Shown here in pieces: positions 26,916-36,599 of a DNA stretch of 40,010 bases (its first letter is position 1; each line of letters opens with the position of its first letter). Source of the stretch: Planctomycetota bacterium (GTDB taxonomy: Bacteria; Planctomycetota; SZUA-567; H5-PLA8). The position numbers and the translations under genes were made by a program. The notes under the pieces are model-generated. The model saw only the letters and a program-made list of their open reading frames with translations, was not told the origin of the DNA and ran no database searches. The DNA is taken from positions 1 through 40,010 of the forward strand of contig JBBRPR010000073.1 in NCBI GenBank assembly GCA_038227875.1. The letters run 5' to 3'.

Positions 26916-28505
26916 ATGCCCGCTCGCTCGCCCCTGAAATTCGCACTCTCCGACACGCTCCGCCGCATCTTTCCCCATTCTAAAGTCAAGCCGACGGACC
27001 GCTTGACGCTCGATGCCGCGCGCGGCGAGCGCGTCTCGTTTCAGGTCGCCGTCCATAATCCTACAGAAAAGGCACAGACGGTGGCACTCACCCTGGCCGC
27101 GCCGGCTGGAATTGTCACACGGGTGAGACGCGTGGGCTACATTCCCCTGCCCCACGGCAACACCGATACGCCGGAGAACGAATCCGACGGTCCCGGGAAC
27201 TTTCCCGGCTACGCGCCCGATCCGCTGTACGACGATGCCTCACTGACGCTCGGCCCTTGCGAGACCGGCGCGTTCTGGTGCAACGCCACGGTCGCGACGT
27301 CAACGCGCGCAAAGACGTACGCGATTTTGGCGACGTTAAGCACCGATGGTAAGCCAGTCGGCGACTTGAAGACCAGCCTGGTCGTCCACGACATCGTACT
27401 GAAGCCACGCCGGAACTTTCCGGTCGTGCAGTGGTTCTATGCCGATGCGCTGTGCGATTTTTACAAATGCGAGGCGTTCGACGAAGCGTTCTGGAAGATC
27501 GTCACGCCGTACATGAAGAATCTGGCGGAGCATTTTGAAGATTGCATTTACGTCCCGATTTTCACGCCACCCACCGACGGCGTGAAACGCCCGACACAGT
27601 TGCTCAAGGTTTCGAAATTCGGGAAGCGCTACAGTTTCGACTGGTCGGCCGTGAAGCGCTGGACGGATCTTGCGAAATCGGTGGGATTGACGCACTTCGA
27701 ATGGACGCATCTGTTCACGCAGTGGGGCGTCAAGCACGCCATCCGCATCTACGACAACGCTGGCGAACTGCTCTGGGATCCGGAAACCGGCGCGACGTCC
27801 GCCACGTACCGAAATTTCCTGGCTCAGTTCCTGCCGGAATTCAAAGCGTTTCTCGAACGCGAGAAATTACTTGAGCGGAGTTTCTTCCACGTCTCCGACG
27901 AACCGCACAAGGATCATCTCGAGAATTATCGCAATGCCCGCGCGTTGCTTAAAGAACTCGCACCGTGGATGAAGAGCATGGATGCGCTCTCCGAGATCGA
28001 CTTCGCGCACGAGACGGACCTGCCGATCCCGGTGACCAGTTCCGCGCCGCAGTTCGCCGCGCAAAAGATCGAAGCCGGCATCTACTACTGCTGCTCACCG
28101 CGCGGCAAATTCGTCAACCGTCTGATGGACACGCCGCTGGCGAAGATCCGCATGAATGGCTGGCTCTTTTACCGCTTCCAGCCGAAGCTGTTCCTGCATT
28201 GGGGCTACAATTACTGGCATCGCTCGCAGACCCGAGAGTTGCTCGACGTTTTCAAGGAAAGTGCCGGCGGCAAATGGCCGGGCTGGCCGTACGGCGATAC
28301 GTTCTGCGTTTATCCCGGACCCGACGGCCCGATCGATTCCATCCGCTGGGAAGTCTTCGCCGAATCGCTGCAGGACTACGCGCTGCTGCAGACGCTCGGC
28401 GTCGACCCGAACGGAAAACTGCTGTGCAAATGCAAGGACTACGCAGAGTTTCCGAAAGACGCGAAGTGGATCACGCAGACGCGAAAGAAATTATTGAAGC
28501 GATGA
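26916..28505 (+). CDS. DUF4091/GH123-like glycoside hydrolase
   Basis: ARGERVSFQV, HVSDEP, FLHWGYNYW, GDTFCVYPG, SIRWEVFAESLQDY; no signal peptide. Confidence 0.8.
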   Translation: MPARSPLKFALSDTLRRIFPHSKVKPTDRLTLDAARGERVSFQVAVHNPTEKAQTVALTLAAPAGIVTRVRRVGYIPLPHGNTDTPENESDGPGNFPGYAPDPLYDDASLTLGPCETGAFWCNATVATSTRAKTYAILATLSTDGKPVGDLKTSLVVHDIVLKPRRNFPVVQWFYADALCDFYKCEAFDEAFWKIVTPYMKNLAEHFEDCIYVPIFTPPTDGVKRPTQLLKVSKFGKRYSFDWSAVKRWTDLAKSVGLTHFEWTHLFTQWGVKHAIRIYDNAGELLWDPETGATSATYRNFLAQFLPEFKAFLEREKLLERSFFHVSDEPHKDHLENYRNARALLKELAPWMKSMDALSEIDFAHETDLPIPVTSSAPQFAAQKIEAGIYYCCSPRGKFVNRLMDTPLAKIRMNGWLFYRFQPKLFLHWGYNYWHRSQTRELLDVFKESAGGKWPGWPYGDTFCVYPGPDGPIDSIRWEVFAESLQDYALLQTLGVDPNGKLLCKCKDYAEFPKDAKWITQTRKKLLKR

Positions 28506-28507
28506 TT

Positions 28508-28664
28508 GTGTGACAAGGAGCAAGCGGCTGTTTGCTTGCTCCTTGCTCAACGCGTATCGGTTGAAAAAGCGTGCTATTGACAGCGATAATTCCGAACCGC
28601 TTGCGCGAAAATCTAGAGCACAACAGCAAGGAGCAAGCGAACGGCCGCTTGCTCCTTGGCACAC
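28508..28664. repeat. REP doublet (REPIN-like): two inverted 40-bp units, each self-palindromic
   Basis: 28508-28547 versus reverse complement of 28625-28664, 3 mismatches; internal stem CAAGGAGCAAGC/GCTTGCTCCTTG. Confidence 0.87.
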
Positions 28665-28704
28665 AGACACGCCCGTCTTCGACATTCGTCATTTCACCAT
28701 ACCG

Positions 28705-31700
28705 TCAGTCTTTCACATTCAACTTGATCTCATCCGAGTTCGCGCGCAGTTCCGGTGCGTACATGCCCGTCGCCTTCGTCGGCAGCGCGTTGAATGAGCC
28801 CGGGATCTCCGCGCGCATCCGGTAGGCGATGCTGTTGTTGCCGCGCGGCAACGTGCGGCAGAAGAAGCAGACCCGTTCGTCGCGCAATTCCATATACGCC
28901 TGGAAACCCTTCTTCGTGTAACCGCTCTGCACGTCCACCGGCTCGAAACCCGCCGGCTTCATGTCTTCGAACAGGATGTATTCGTAGTCGTTCTTGCTCT
29001 CGAAGCTCAGTTCCACTTCGACCAGGTCGCCGCTCTTCAGCATCGACAGGTCGGGCAGTTCCTGGCGTTCGTACTTTTCGACTTTCTGATCGACCGACTG
29101 GCCGCGATCGCCTTCGGCCTTGATCTTCTTGTCGACGGGGATCAGCTTGTAGTACTTGCGATCGACCTTCACTTCCAGACCGGCCTTGGTGATGTGGTCT
29201 TCCATCGTGAAGTTCGTGACGTAGGCGTTGAAGTAGATCGGACCCTTGCCGGTCTTCTTGAATTCCACCGTGTGCTTGCCGGATGTGATGTTCTTGCCGG
29301 TGATCACGAGCTTGTTATCGAAGCTGAAGAGATTCGACGCGTTGATCTCCACCTCTTTGGCCTTCTTGCCGTCGACGAGGATCTCCAGTTTCATGTCCGG
29401 ATTGTCTTCGCCGCTGGCGGTCAGGTAATCGGCGAGCGCTTCGACGCAGATGGCCGTGTCGCGCGTGCTGTTCCAGTACGTTGCGTGCTTGCGGTTGTTG
29501 ATGACGTACTTCACCAGCCGCGACGTCTTTTCCGACTTCGGTTCTGAAGCGGCCAGCAGCTTCAAGTAGTACCCTTGAGCTTCGAATTCGCTGCCGTACC
29601 AGTTCCACCACGGATTGTCCTCGGGCAATTTCAAGTATGCGGTCTGGTTCTCTTCGTCCTGCGTGAGGTACTGGTCGAGATTCTTCAGCACGTCGCCCAG
29701 ACGCGCGGCATCCTTCTGCTTGCTGAGAATCAACCCGAGTACCGCCTTGCCGTACGCGGTCAGGAAATTCTTGTCGGTGTACAAGCGGTCGATCATTTCC
29801 TTGTTCGGCGCTTTCGCGTCGGTCAGCACCATCGCGACAAAGGCGTCGAGATTATCGGCGTGCAACTTGTACGGATGCGTCTCCGTCGCCGCGTTTCGCA
29901 GCAACTGCATCTGACTGGCTTCGTAATTCTTGAGCCACTGTTGGCCGCGTTCGAGCATGTTGGGATCGATCGCCACGTCGTTGCTCTTGCCAATCTGCAG
30001 GCCGTGGACGACGTACGCCGTTTCGTGCGCCGACGCATATTCGCCCCAGCCGCCGAACCAGCCCCAGCCGCCATCAGTCAATTGCAGACTCTGCAGGCGC
30101 GTGATGCCAGCCTTGACGCGGTTCTTCAGTTCTTCGTCATCGAAGACGGGATTGATCTTCGCATGGCTGACATCCTTCACGTAATCTCGGCCCCATTGCG
30201 CGGCGCGCTTTTCGTCGTCGCCGATTTCCTGAGCATTGAGGTTGGTGATCTTCGTCTTGATGTCCTTGAGGTCCAGATTCATGCGCAGCAGCACCTTCTG
30301 CGTGATCACCGCCGGCAGGAAGCGCGAGATTGTCTGCTCGGTGCAGCCGTACGGATAGTCGACAAGATACGGAATCGCGTCGACCATCGCGCCCGCCAGA
30401 GTCGGCGAGTAGCGCACTTCCACGCGACTGTCTTCCGGACGGCGTTCGGCCGGAACGGTGAACGCCAATGAAGCGGTGGTGTTCTCCGGACGAATATTTC
30501 CAGAGAACGACTCGACCTTTTCCATGCCGTGAATGTAGGCCGGGAAGACCATCTGCATCGCGTCGGATTCTTCGTCGGTCAGCGCCTTCACGAGGACCAT
30601 CGCCTGGCCCGAAGCAATCACTTTCACGCGCCAGTCGATGCGCTTCTCGCCGGTCGGATCGATGTCGACGCTTTCCTGCAGACCACGCGCGCCGTCCACG
30701 GGGTCAAGCACGCCACCTTCGATCTCCAGCGAGACCTGGACGTGCTTCTTGGTCTTGAGGTAGTTGTGAACGTTGGCCGAGATCACCACTTCGTCCTTCT
30801 GCGTGAAGAAACGCGGAGCCTGCAGTCGGACGAGCAGATTCTTGGTCGTGACCGCTTCGGCTTCGCCCTGGCCAACGCGAGTGCCCATGCCCATCGTCCA
30901 GACTTTGAACTTCCACGTCGTCAGATTCTCGGGCATGGTCAGTTCCGCTCTCGCGGTGCCGTCGGCGCCGACCTTCAACGCCGCGCCCCAGTACGCCGTG
31001 TCGGCAAAATTCTTGCGCACCGTTGCTTCGACCATCGCCGGCGGTGCTTCACCGGGGTCGCCGGCCGAGTCGCCATCGGCTTCATCGCGGCGGGAGGCGC
31101 CGTTACTGGATTTCTCTTCTGCGGCATCCATCGCCATCGCCTTGCTGGCAGCCATGGGCGCTCCAGGTGGCGATCCGGCCATCCCGCGTCCTCCGCCAAA
31201 TCCTTCGCCCTTCTTTCGGTTGGCGACAGCGTTGCCCGGTGCGCCACGGTCCTTGTTCTTGGCTAAGGCTTCATCCTGCATCAGCATGTCGCCGAAGACG
31301 CCAAGGAATCCCATCGGCACTTCGCCCTGCTTGAGCAGCAAATGCGTGTAGTGCGAGAAATTGGAAATGGCGCCGGGCTGATGCGTGCGCCGCCATTCCC
31401 AATAAAATTTCTTGATGTCCGGCACCTTCGAGCCCCCGGAGATGTACTCGACGGCCTTGTCGTAGACCGTCAGCACCGCGGAACCCGAAAACGGTTCGCC
31501 ATTCTGTTCGGTGACCTTCACGTCTACGGATGCTTTCTCGCCGGGCTTGTAGCTCGTCGCCGTCGGCTTGACTTCAACATTCAGCACGCGGCTTTCCGGC
31601 GGCACGATGACTTCGCGCATTTCCGTGTGGACGCGCGCATCGGATACCGTCAGCGCTTCGACGAAGAAATTCGGCATGTCCTTTTTGATGACCGCGATCG

Positions 31701-34700
31701 GCTCAATCACGCTCTTGCCGGCCATGCGCAGTACTTTCGGCGCCAGGCAGACGCCACTGCTCGGGCGAATAAACAACAGTACCGTCGTGTCCGGGCGGTC
31801 GGTGTTGATCATCAACTGCACCGTGTCGCCCGGTTTGTATTCGCGTTTGTCAGTCACCAGTTCCAGATCGTTGAAGCGGAACTGCGATCCGTTGAAGCCC
31901 GCGCCGATCACCGTGAAGACATAACCACCTTCAATCGCGTGTCCCTTTTCATCGGTCACCGTGTAGCTGACGCGGAACTGCCCACCCTCCGACGCTTTGA
32001 GCTGCTGATGCGCCTTGCCCTGTGCATCGGTGTTCAGATCCCACGACTGAACTTCCTTCTCGATCGGCTCGGCCTTCTCGCCTTCCTTCGCTTCGCCGTA
32101 GGTGACTTTCAACAGTTTCAGCACGCCTTTGCCCACGACGGGCTTGTTGTCCAGCGTCTGCGCGGAAAGTTCCACGCCGATGTCATCGTTGGTGTGGTAA
32201 TGGCCGCGATCGAGCCACGCATAGACCTTGAACGGCTGGCGCGCCACCATAACCGTGCCCGTACCGGTGATCGTGCGGCGCGACGCGTCGGTGACTTCCG
32301 CGCTGATCTCGTACTTGTGATCGGTGTTGGCATGAATGGCTTTCGCCAGGCCCGTATCGATTTCAATCTTCAACGTGCCGTCGGCGCCGATCGCCGTTTC
32401 GCTTTCCATCACGATTTCCGGCTGCTCGAAATTCTGGCCCCACCACCACGAAAAGTGCGGGCGGTGCATGCCCCAGCGGCCGAAGCCGGGATACCAATCG
32501 TAATCGTACGCGAACCACCAGTAGCCGGGATTGAACAGCCAGTCCCAGCGGCCTTGCGGATACCAGTTGGCCGAGTAGCTCGTGCGTGAGACCTTGTACT
32601 TCACCTTCGCGTCGGTCACCGGCGCGCCGAAGTAGTACTTGGCGTTGAGCGTCGCGGTGATTTTCTCGCCGAGCATCACCGGCTCCGTCGGCGCGTCGAC
32701 CTTTACTTCGAACTCCGGCTTCTTGTATTCTTCCACGCGGAAGCCGAACTGGCTCAGGCCCGGGACCATGATGTAGTACTCGCCCAGGTCCGCGTCCTTC
32801 GGGAGCTGAAATTCGCCGTCGAAGCCGCCGAATTCATCGGCGGTGAACTGCTTCTCGAAGATTTTTTCGTTCTTCGGATTGTGAATCTGGACGTTGTATT
32901 GAAATCCGGCGGAGGCGGCCTTGCCTTCCAGATCGTACTTCGCCTGTCCGACCCACAGCTTGAACTTCACCGCCTGATTCGGGCGGTACGCGGGCCGGTC
33001 GGTGATCGTGTAAACCTTCGTCTGGTTGTATTCCTGATCGTACCAGGTGCCGAACCAGACACCGTTGAAGCCCGAGTACGCGAAGCGCCCGTCGGGCGTC
33101 GTCGCCGTGATCAGCCAGTTGAACCCTTCGTTGGTGTGCAGGTTGTGCTTGGGAATCAGCTGCCCATCGGCATCAGCCGTTTCGGTGAACGAATCGGTCA
33201 GCGTTTCGACTTGGTTCTGCTTGATGTAATTCTGCCGGTAGCCGAAGAATTCCACCGTCGCGTTGGGCACGGGCTTGCCGCTGGCCGCATCGGCGATGAA
33301 ATAATACGCCGACTTGTCCATCTGCTTCTGAACCAGCGCCGTGTCGTCGATCCACAGCAGCACGCGGGAGACGTTGCCGCCTTCCATTTTGGCTGTCAGC
33401 AGGTAGGCGCCGGCTTTTTTCAGCGGCGTGATCACAGAGACGCGCCTGTCGAAATGCTTCTCCAGCGGATCCAAATCCATCGTCCATGCAGCAGCTTGCG
33501 CGCCAAGATACTGCGCCTGATTTTCCTGAATCAGCCGAGAGCCAATGTCGCTGAGGTTAATGCGCTGCCAGTCGAGATTGTTCTGCGGCTTGGTGTTGAG
33601 GTACGCCTTGACGTCGTCGAGCAGCTTCTTGACGTTCACGTCCTGCGCTTCGAACGCAACCTTCTTGCCGTTGCGGAAGCGGAAATCGATCTGCGCCGCG
33701 ACGCCGGACGCATGCGGCTCGGAGCCTTCGAACATACCCCAGTTGCCGATGATCTGATTGAGCTGCGCCTGCTTGTAGCCCTGCCCGCCAAATTCCTTGA
33801 TGCTGCGCTGCCAGTAGTCCGCGGCCTTTTCATACTGCTGGCGATTGGTGAAAATCTGCGCGAGCGTATTGAGCGACGCTTCGCTCATGGGCCCGCGTTC
33901 GTTGGCGTTCTGCTGGAAAAGCTTGATGAAGTTGTATTCGTCCGGCAACGCAAAACGCTTCACGCCCGTCGCCAGCTTCGCGATGGTCTCCGATTCGCTC
34001 AGCGAACTCAAGACGAACGGATTGGCCGCGTCCTGCTTGGCACCGTCTTCTTTGTACGCGCCAAAATACCGCGCGTAAGTCGCGGCCGTCTGGACGTCAA
34101 ACTGTCCCATCAGGAACGACGCGAACTCGAAGCGGACCTGCTGAACCATGGCCGGGTTCAATTCCTGCGCCTGGATCAGGCACCAGCGCCAGCGTTCGCC
34201 GTCGCTGGTGCTCGCCGCGAACGACTTCGGCACCACGTGGTAGACGGGGGTGCCGTCGGCATTCACCGGCGCGCCACCGGTACTCCCGCCGTAGTAATTC
34301 CAGCCTTCTTCCGTGTCCGGCAGCACGGTCAAGTCGGTCAGATCCTGCATCCGCCATGACGGGTAGTAGCCGTTGCCCTGCTGCCAGGCCTTGGCGAACT
34401 CAAAATAGAAGTTTGCCAGCTCTGATTTGTCCGTTTCATTCTTGCTCTGAGCGACGGCCGCCGTCATCAACTGCAGGCTCCGCACGCGGTCGCGCAACAT
34501 CGAATTGACGTACTGCCCGCCGCCGCGGTGGTTGCCCCGGAAGAACTTCCCGGAGACCACGTAGCCAAAGTGCTGCAACGTGTTGATCGCCTGCGCCGCT
34601 TCGCGCTGCAGCCGCCAATTGGCCTTGTGTATCTCGACGACTTTCTCGAAGAGCGGATCGACTTCGTCTTCGCGGCCCAGCCGCTGAAGTGACGTGAGCG

Positions 34701-34929
34701 CGTTTTTCAAATCGCCGCCGACCAGCTTTTCTTCATCGGTCGGATCAAGCGCGAGTTTGCTGTAGGCGTCAAAGGCGTCGCGCCAGTTTCCCTGCTTGGT
34801 CAGAAGGTCGGCTTTAGCGCGTTCGGGCGCGTGCGATTTCGGAGCCGTCGCATCCTCGCCGCACACCGCCGCCGTACTCAAAAAACCCAGCAGCGCTACC
34901 CCACAGATGGACGCCAGAAGCTTTCTCAT
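28705..34929 (-). CDS. Bacterial alpha-2-macroglobulin family protein
   Basis: Signal peptide, TDRPAYRP, FRVEEYKKPEFEV, VRKNFADTAYW, MPENLTTW, thioester PYGCTEQ, WNSTRDTA, MYAPE; start set at ATG 34929. Confidence 0.95.
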   Translation of the reverse strand: MRKLLASICGVALLGFLSTAAVCGEDATAPKSHAPERAKADLLTKQGNWRDAFDAYSKLALDPTDEEKLVGGDLKNALTSLQRLGREDEVDPLFEKVVEIHKANWRLQREAAQAINTLQHFGYVVSGKFFRGNHRGGGQYVNSMLRDRVRSLQLMTAAVAQSKNETDKSELANFYFEFAKAWQQGNGYYPSWRMQDLTDLTVLPDTEEGWNYYGGSTGGAPVNADGTPVYHVVPKSFAASTSDGERWRWCLIQAQELNPAMVQQVRFEFASFLMGQFDVQTAATYARYFGAYKEDGAKQDAANPFVLSSLSESETIAKLATGVKRFALPDEYNFIKLFQQNANERGPMSEASLNTLAQIFTNRQQYEKAADYWQRSIKEFGGQGYKQAQLNQIIGNWGMFEGSEPHASGVAAQIDFRFRNGKKVAFEAQDVNVKKLLDDVKAYLNTKPQNNLDWQRINLSDIGSRLIQENQAQYLGAQAAAWTMDLDPLEKHFDRRVSVITPLKKAGAYLLTAKMEGGNVSRVLLWIDDTALVQKQMDKSAYYFIADAASGKPVPNATVEFFGYRQNYIKQNQVETLTDSFTETADADGQLIPKHNLHTNEGFNWLITATTPDGRFAYSGFNGVWFGTWYDQEYNQTKVYTITDRPAYRPNQAVKFKLWVGQAKYDLEGKAASAGFQYNVQIHNPKNEKIFEKQFTADEFGGFDGEFQLPKDADLGEYYIMVPGLSQFGFRVEEYKKPEFEVKVDAPTEPVMLGEKITATLNAKYYFGAPVTDAKVKYKVSRTSYSANWYPQGRWDWLFNPGYWWFAYDYDWYPGFGRWGMHRPHFSWWWGQNFEQPEIVMESETAIGADGTLKIEIDTGLAKAIHANTDHKYEISAEVTDASRRTITGTGTVMVARQPFKVYAWLDRGHYHTNDDIGVELSAQTLDNKPVVGKGVLKLLKVTYGEAKEGEKAEPIEKEVQSWDLNTDAQGKAHQQLKASEGGQFRVSYTVTDEKGHAIEGGYVFTVIGAGFNGSQFRFNDLELVTDKREYKPGDTVQLMINTDRPDTTVLLFIRPSSGVCLAPKVLRMAGKSVIEPIAVIKKDMPNFFVEALTVSDARVHTEMREVIVPPESRVLNVEVKPTATSYKPGEKASVDVKVTEQNGEPFSGSAVLTVYDKAVEYISGGSKVPDIKKFYWEWRRTHQPGAISNFSHYTHLLLKQGEVPMGFLGVFGDMLMQDEALAKNKDRGAPGNAVANRKKGEGFGGGRGMAGSPPGAPMAASKAMAMDAAEEKSSNGASRRDEADGDSAGDPGEAPPAMVEATVRKNFADTAYWGAALKVGADGTARAELTMPENLTTWKFKVWTMGMGTRVGQGEAEAVTTKNLLVRLQAPRFFTQKDEVVISANVHNYLKTKKHVQVSLEIEGGVLDPVDGARGLQESVDIDPTGEKRIDWRVKVIASGQAMVLVKALTDEESDAMQMVFPAYIHGMEKVESFSGNIRPENTTASLAFTVPAERRPEDSRVEVRYSPTLAGAMVDAIPYLVDYPYGCTEQTISRFLPAVITQKVLLRMNLDLKDIKTKITNLNAQEIGDDEKRAAQWGRDYVKDVSHAKINPVFDDEELKNRVKAGITRLQSLQLTDGGWGWFGGWGEYASAHETAYVVHGLQIGKSNDVAIDPNMLERGQQWLKNYEASQMQLLRNAATETHPYKLHADNLDAFVAMVLTDAKAPNKEMIDRLYTDKNFLTAYGKAVLGLILSKQKDAARLGDVLKNLDQYLTQDEENQTAYLKLPEDNPWWNWYGSEFEAQGYYLKLLAASEPKSEKTSRLVKYVINNRKHATYWNSTRDTAICVEALADYLTASGEDNPDMKLEILVDGKKAKEVEINASNLFSFDNKLVITGKNITSGKHTVEFKKTGKGPIYFNAYVTNFTMEDHITKAGLEVKVDRKYYKLIPVDKKIKAEGDRGQSVDQKVEKYERQELPDLSMLKSGDLVEVELSFESKNDYEYILFEDMKPAGFEPVDVQSGYTKKGFQAYMELRDERVCFFCRTLPRGNNSIAYRMRAEIPGSFNALPTKATGMYAPELRANSDEIKLNVKD

Positions 34930-35060
34930 TGCCACAGACCTCGCCCGAGAAGAATTGTCGCTACCCAACATAAATCCAGAACTGACAGAGCATTAGACAC
35001 CCGCACCGGCCCCGCACCCGATTAGACTACGCCCATGCGCAGAAGTTTCACGAAAATACT

Positions 35061-35139
35061 GTGCAGGTGGGACACCCGCACCACAATCGTGAAAAGCACC
35101 GACCGCGTAGAAATTGTGGTGCAGGCGTCCCACCTGCAC
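35061..35139. repeat. REP-like inverted pair (27 bp)
   Basis: GTGCAGGTGGGACACCCGCACCACAAT (35061-35087) versus reverse complement of 35113-35139, 2 mismatches. Confidence 0.85.
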
Positions 35140-35186
35140 TGGTAAGTCTCTTGCATCCCTGCGTGGTGCTACTAAATAGGTTACCC

Positions 35187-35876
35187 ATGAGTCTCAGCAA
35201 CCGACTGCTGGAAGAACGATTGCGCGCGGTCAGCGACACGCTGGATGCGCTGGCCGCGGGCGTGGACGCCAATCTCCGCCGCGTGCACGGCCGTCTGCTC
35301 TCGGAAAACAAGGCCGTCAATCCCGATCCGCTGCAGTCCATGGACGACCTCGCCCGCACCGCGCGGTCGGCCGCATTTCTGCTCGTCGCCCGCAGCCAGC
35401 CGCTGGCCCGAGACCTGAAATTCGCCATGGGCGCGCTGCGCGTCGCGCACGATTACGAGCGCATTCAGGAATTGACGCTCGCCTTCAACGAACGCATCAA
35501 CCGTCTCGCCAACACGCCTGTCGAAACCTTTCTGGCAGACATGAGCGGCGTAGTCGGCCAGATTCTCGAAATGCATTCGATCGTCAGTCGGATTTGGCAC
35601 CGCACGGCTCCGACGGCCACCGACACGACTACGGGTCCGGTCTCGACGAGCTCCGAGACGGCCGTGATCCATCCCGAACCCAAATCGCGCGTGCTGGCGC
35701 TGATCGCCGCGACCGAAGCGGAACTCGCCGAGATCCAGAATTCGATCGTCGAAGCCGTGGCCAAAGGTTACGGCAGTCCGGAAATGCTGGTCGAACTGGT
35801 GCTCTCCTGCCGCCACCTGCAGCGCATCACGCAGTTGATGGAAGGTATTCCCGACGACGCGCATTCGTTCGACTGA
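35187..35876 (+). CDS. Divergent PhoU-domain protein
   Basis: LLVARSQPLARDLK...RVAHDYERI resembles the PhoU QPxAxDLR...DLERI motif; second repeat RHLQRI. Confidence 0.7.
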   Translation: MSLSNRLLEERLRAVSDTLDALAAGVDANLRRVHGRLLSENKAVNPDPLQSMDDLARTARSAAFLLVARSQPLARDLKFAMGALRVAHDYERIQELTLAFNERINRLANTPVETFLADMSGVVGQILEMHSIVSRIWHRTAPTATDTTTGPVSTSSETAVIHPEPKSRVLALIAATEAELAEIQNSIVEAVAKGYGSPEMLVELVLSCRHLQRITQLMEGIPDDAHSFD

Positions 35877-36059
35877 GGATGGTATGGGATGAGATGGGGA
35901 CAATTGTCCCCATGCTGGCTTTTGACCAGGTAACGAATTTGTTATAAGATTACGTCTATAGACGTGGTTGGGGACTACAGTCCCTAACCCCTCGCAATCC
36001 TGCCACAATTCTTGCCTAATTCCAAGCGGAGCGATCACCCCTTATATAGGGAGACTTCC

Positions 36060-36599
36060 ATGTCGTCAGACGGGCGCCGCGCGGAACTCAGGCTGATTGA
36101 GATTCTGACGCGCTATCAGATCATGATTCAGGCGTACGCGCACGCCATCGTGCAGGATTTTCAGTTGGCGGAGGACGTCTACCAGGAAGTCGGCGTCCAC
36201 ATCGTCTCCCATCCCGACGACGTGCCGGTTGGCCCCGGTCTCGAACCGTGGCTGCGCGAAGTGACGCGGCGCAAGTCGCTGGAAGTCCGACGCCGCTCGC
36301 GGCGCATCCAGCCGCTGCTGAGTGATGAAGCGCTGGAAGCGATCGCGCCGTCGTTTGCGCCGCCCAACCGCGAAGGCCAGGACCTCCGCGACCGCCTGAT
36401 CGATTGCACGAAAAAACTCCAGACGTCCGCGCGCGCCGTAATCCACGCACGCTATGCCGAGAATCTGGCCTGCGACGAAATCGCGCGGCGCACGCAGCTG
36501 TCGATCCAGAGCGTCTACGCGATCCTCAAGCGCGCGAAAGTGGCGCTGCATGAATGCGTCGAACGCGGTCTCGCCGCCGAGCACGGAGGCGCCACGTGA
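36060..36599 (+). CDS. ECF sigma-70 factor (Planctomycete/Verrucomicrobia type)
   Basis: IQAYAHAIVQDFQLAEDVYQEV, WLREVTR, region 4 RYAENLACDEIA...LKRAKVALHECV; GGGAG RBS. Confidence 0.92.
   Translation: MSSDGRRAELRLIEILTRYQIMIQAYAHAIVQDFQLAEDVYQEVGVHIVSHPDDVPVGPGLEPWLREVTRRKSLEVRRRSRRIQPLLSDEALEAIAPSFAPPNREGQDLRDRLIDCTKKLQTSARAVIHARYAENLACDEIARRTQLSIQSVYAILKRAKVALHECVERGLAAEHGGAT

Noticed and set aside
28508..28664. CRISPR array
   Set aside because: Only two units, inverted rather than direct, and no cas genes
31342..34359. 415-aa and 492-aa plus-strand ORFs
   Set aside because: Antisense shadows of alpha-2-macroglobulin
35061..35186. N-terminal extension of the PhoU-like ORF
   Set aside because: Runs through a REP pair; ATG 35187 is more plausible
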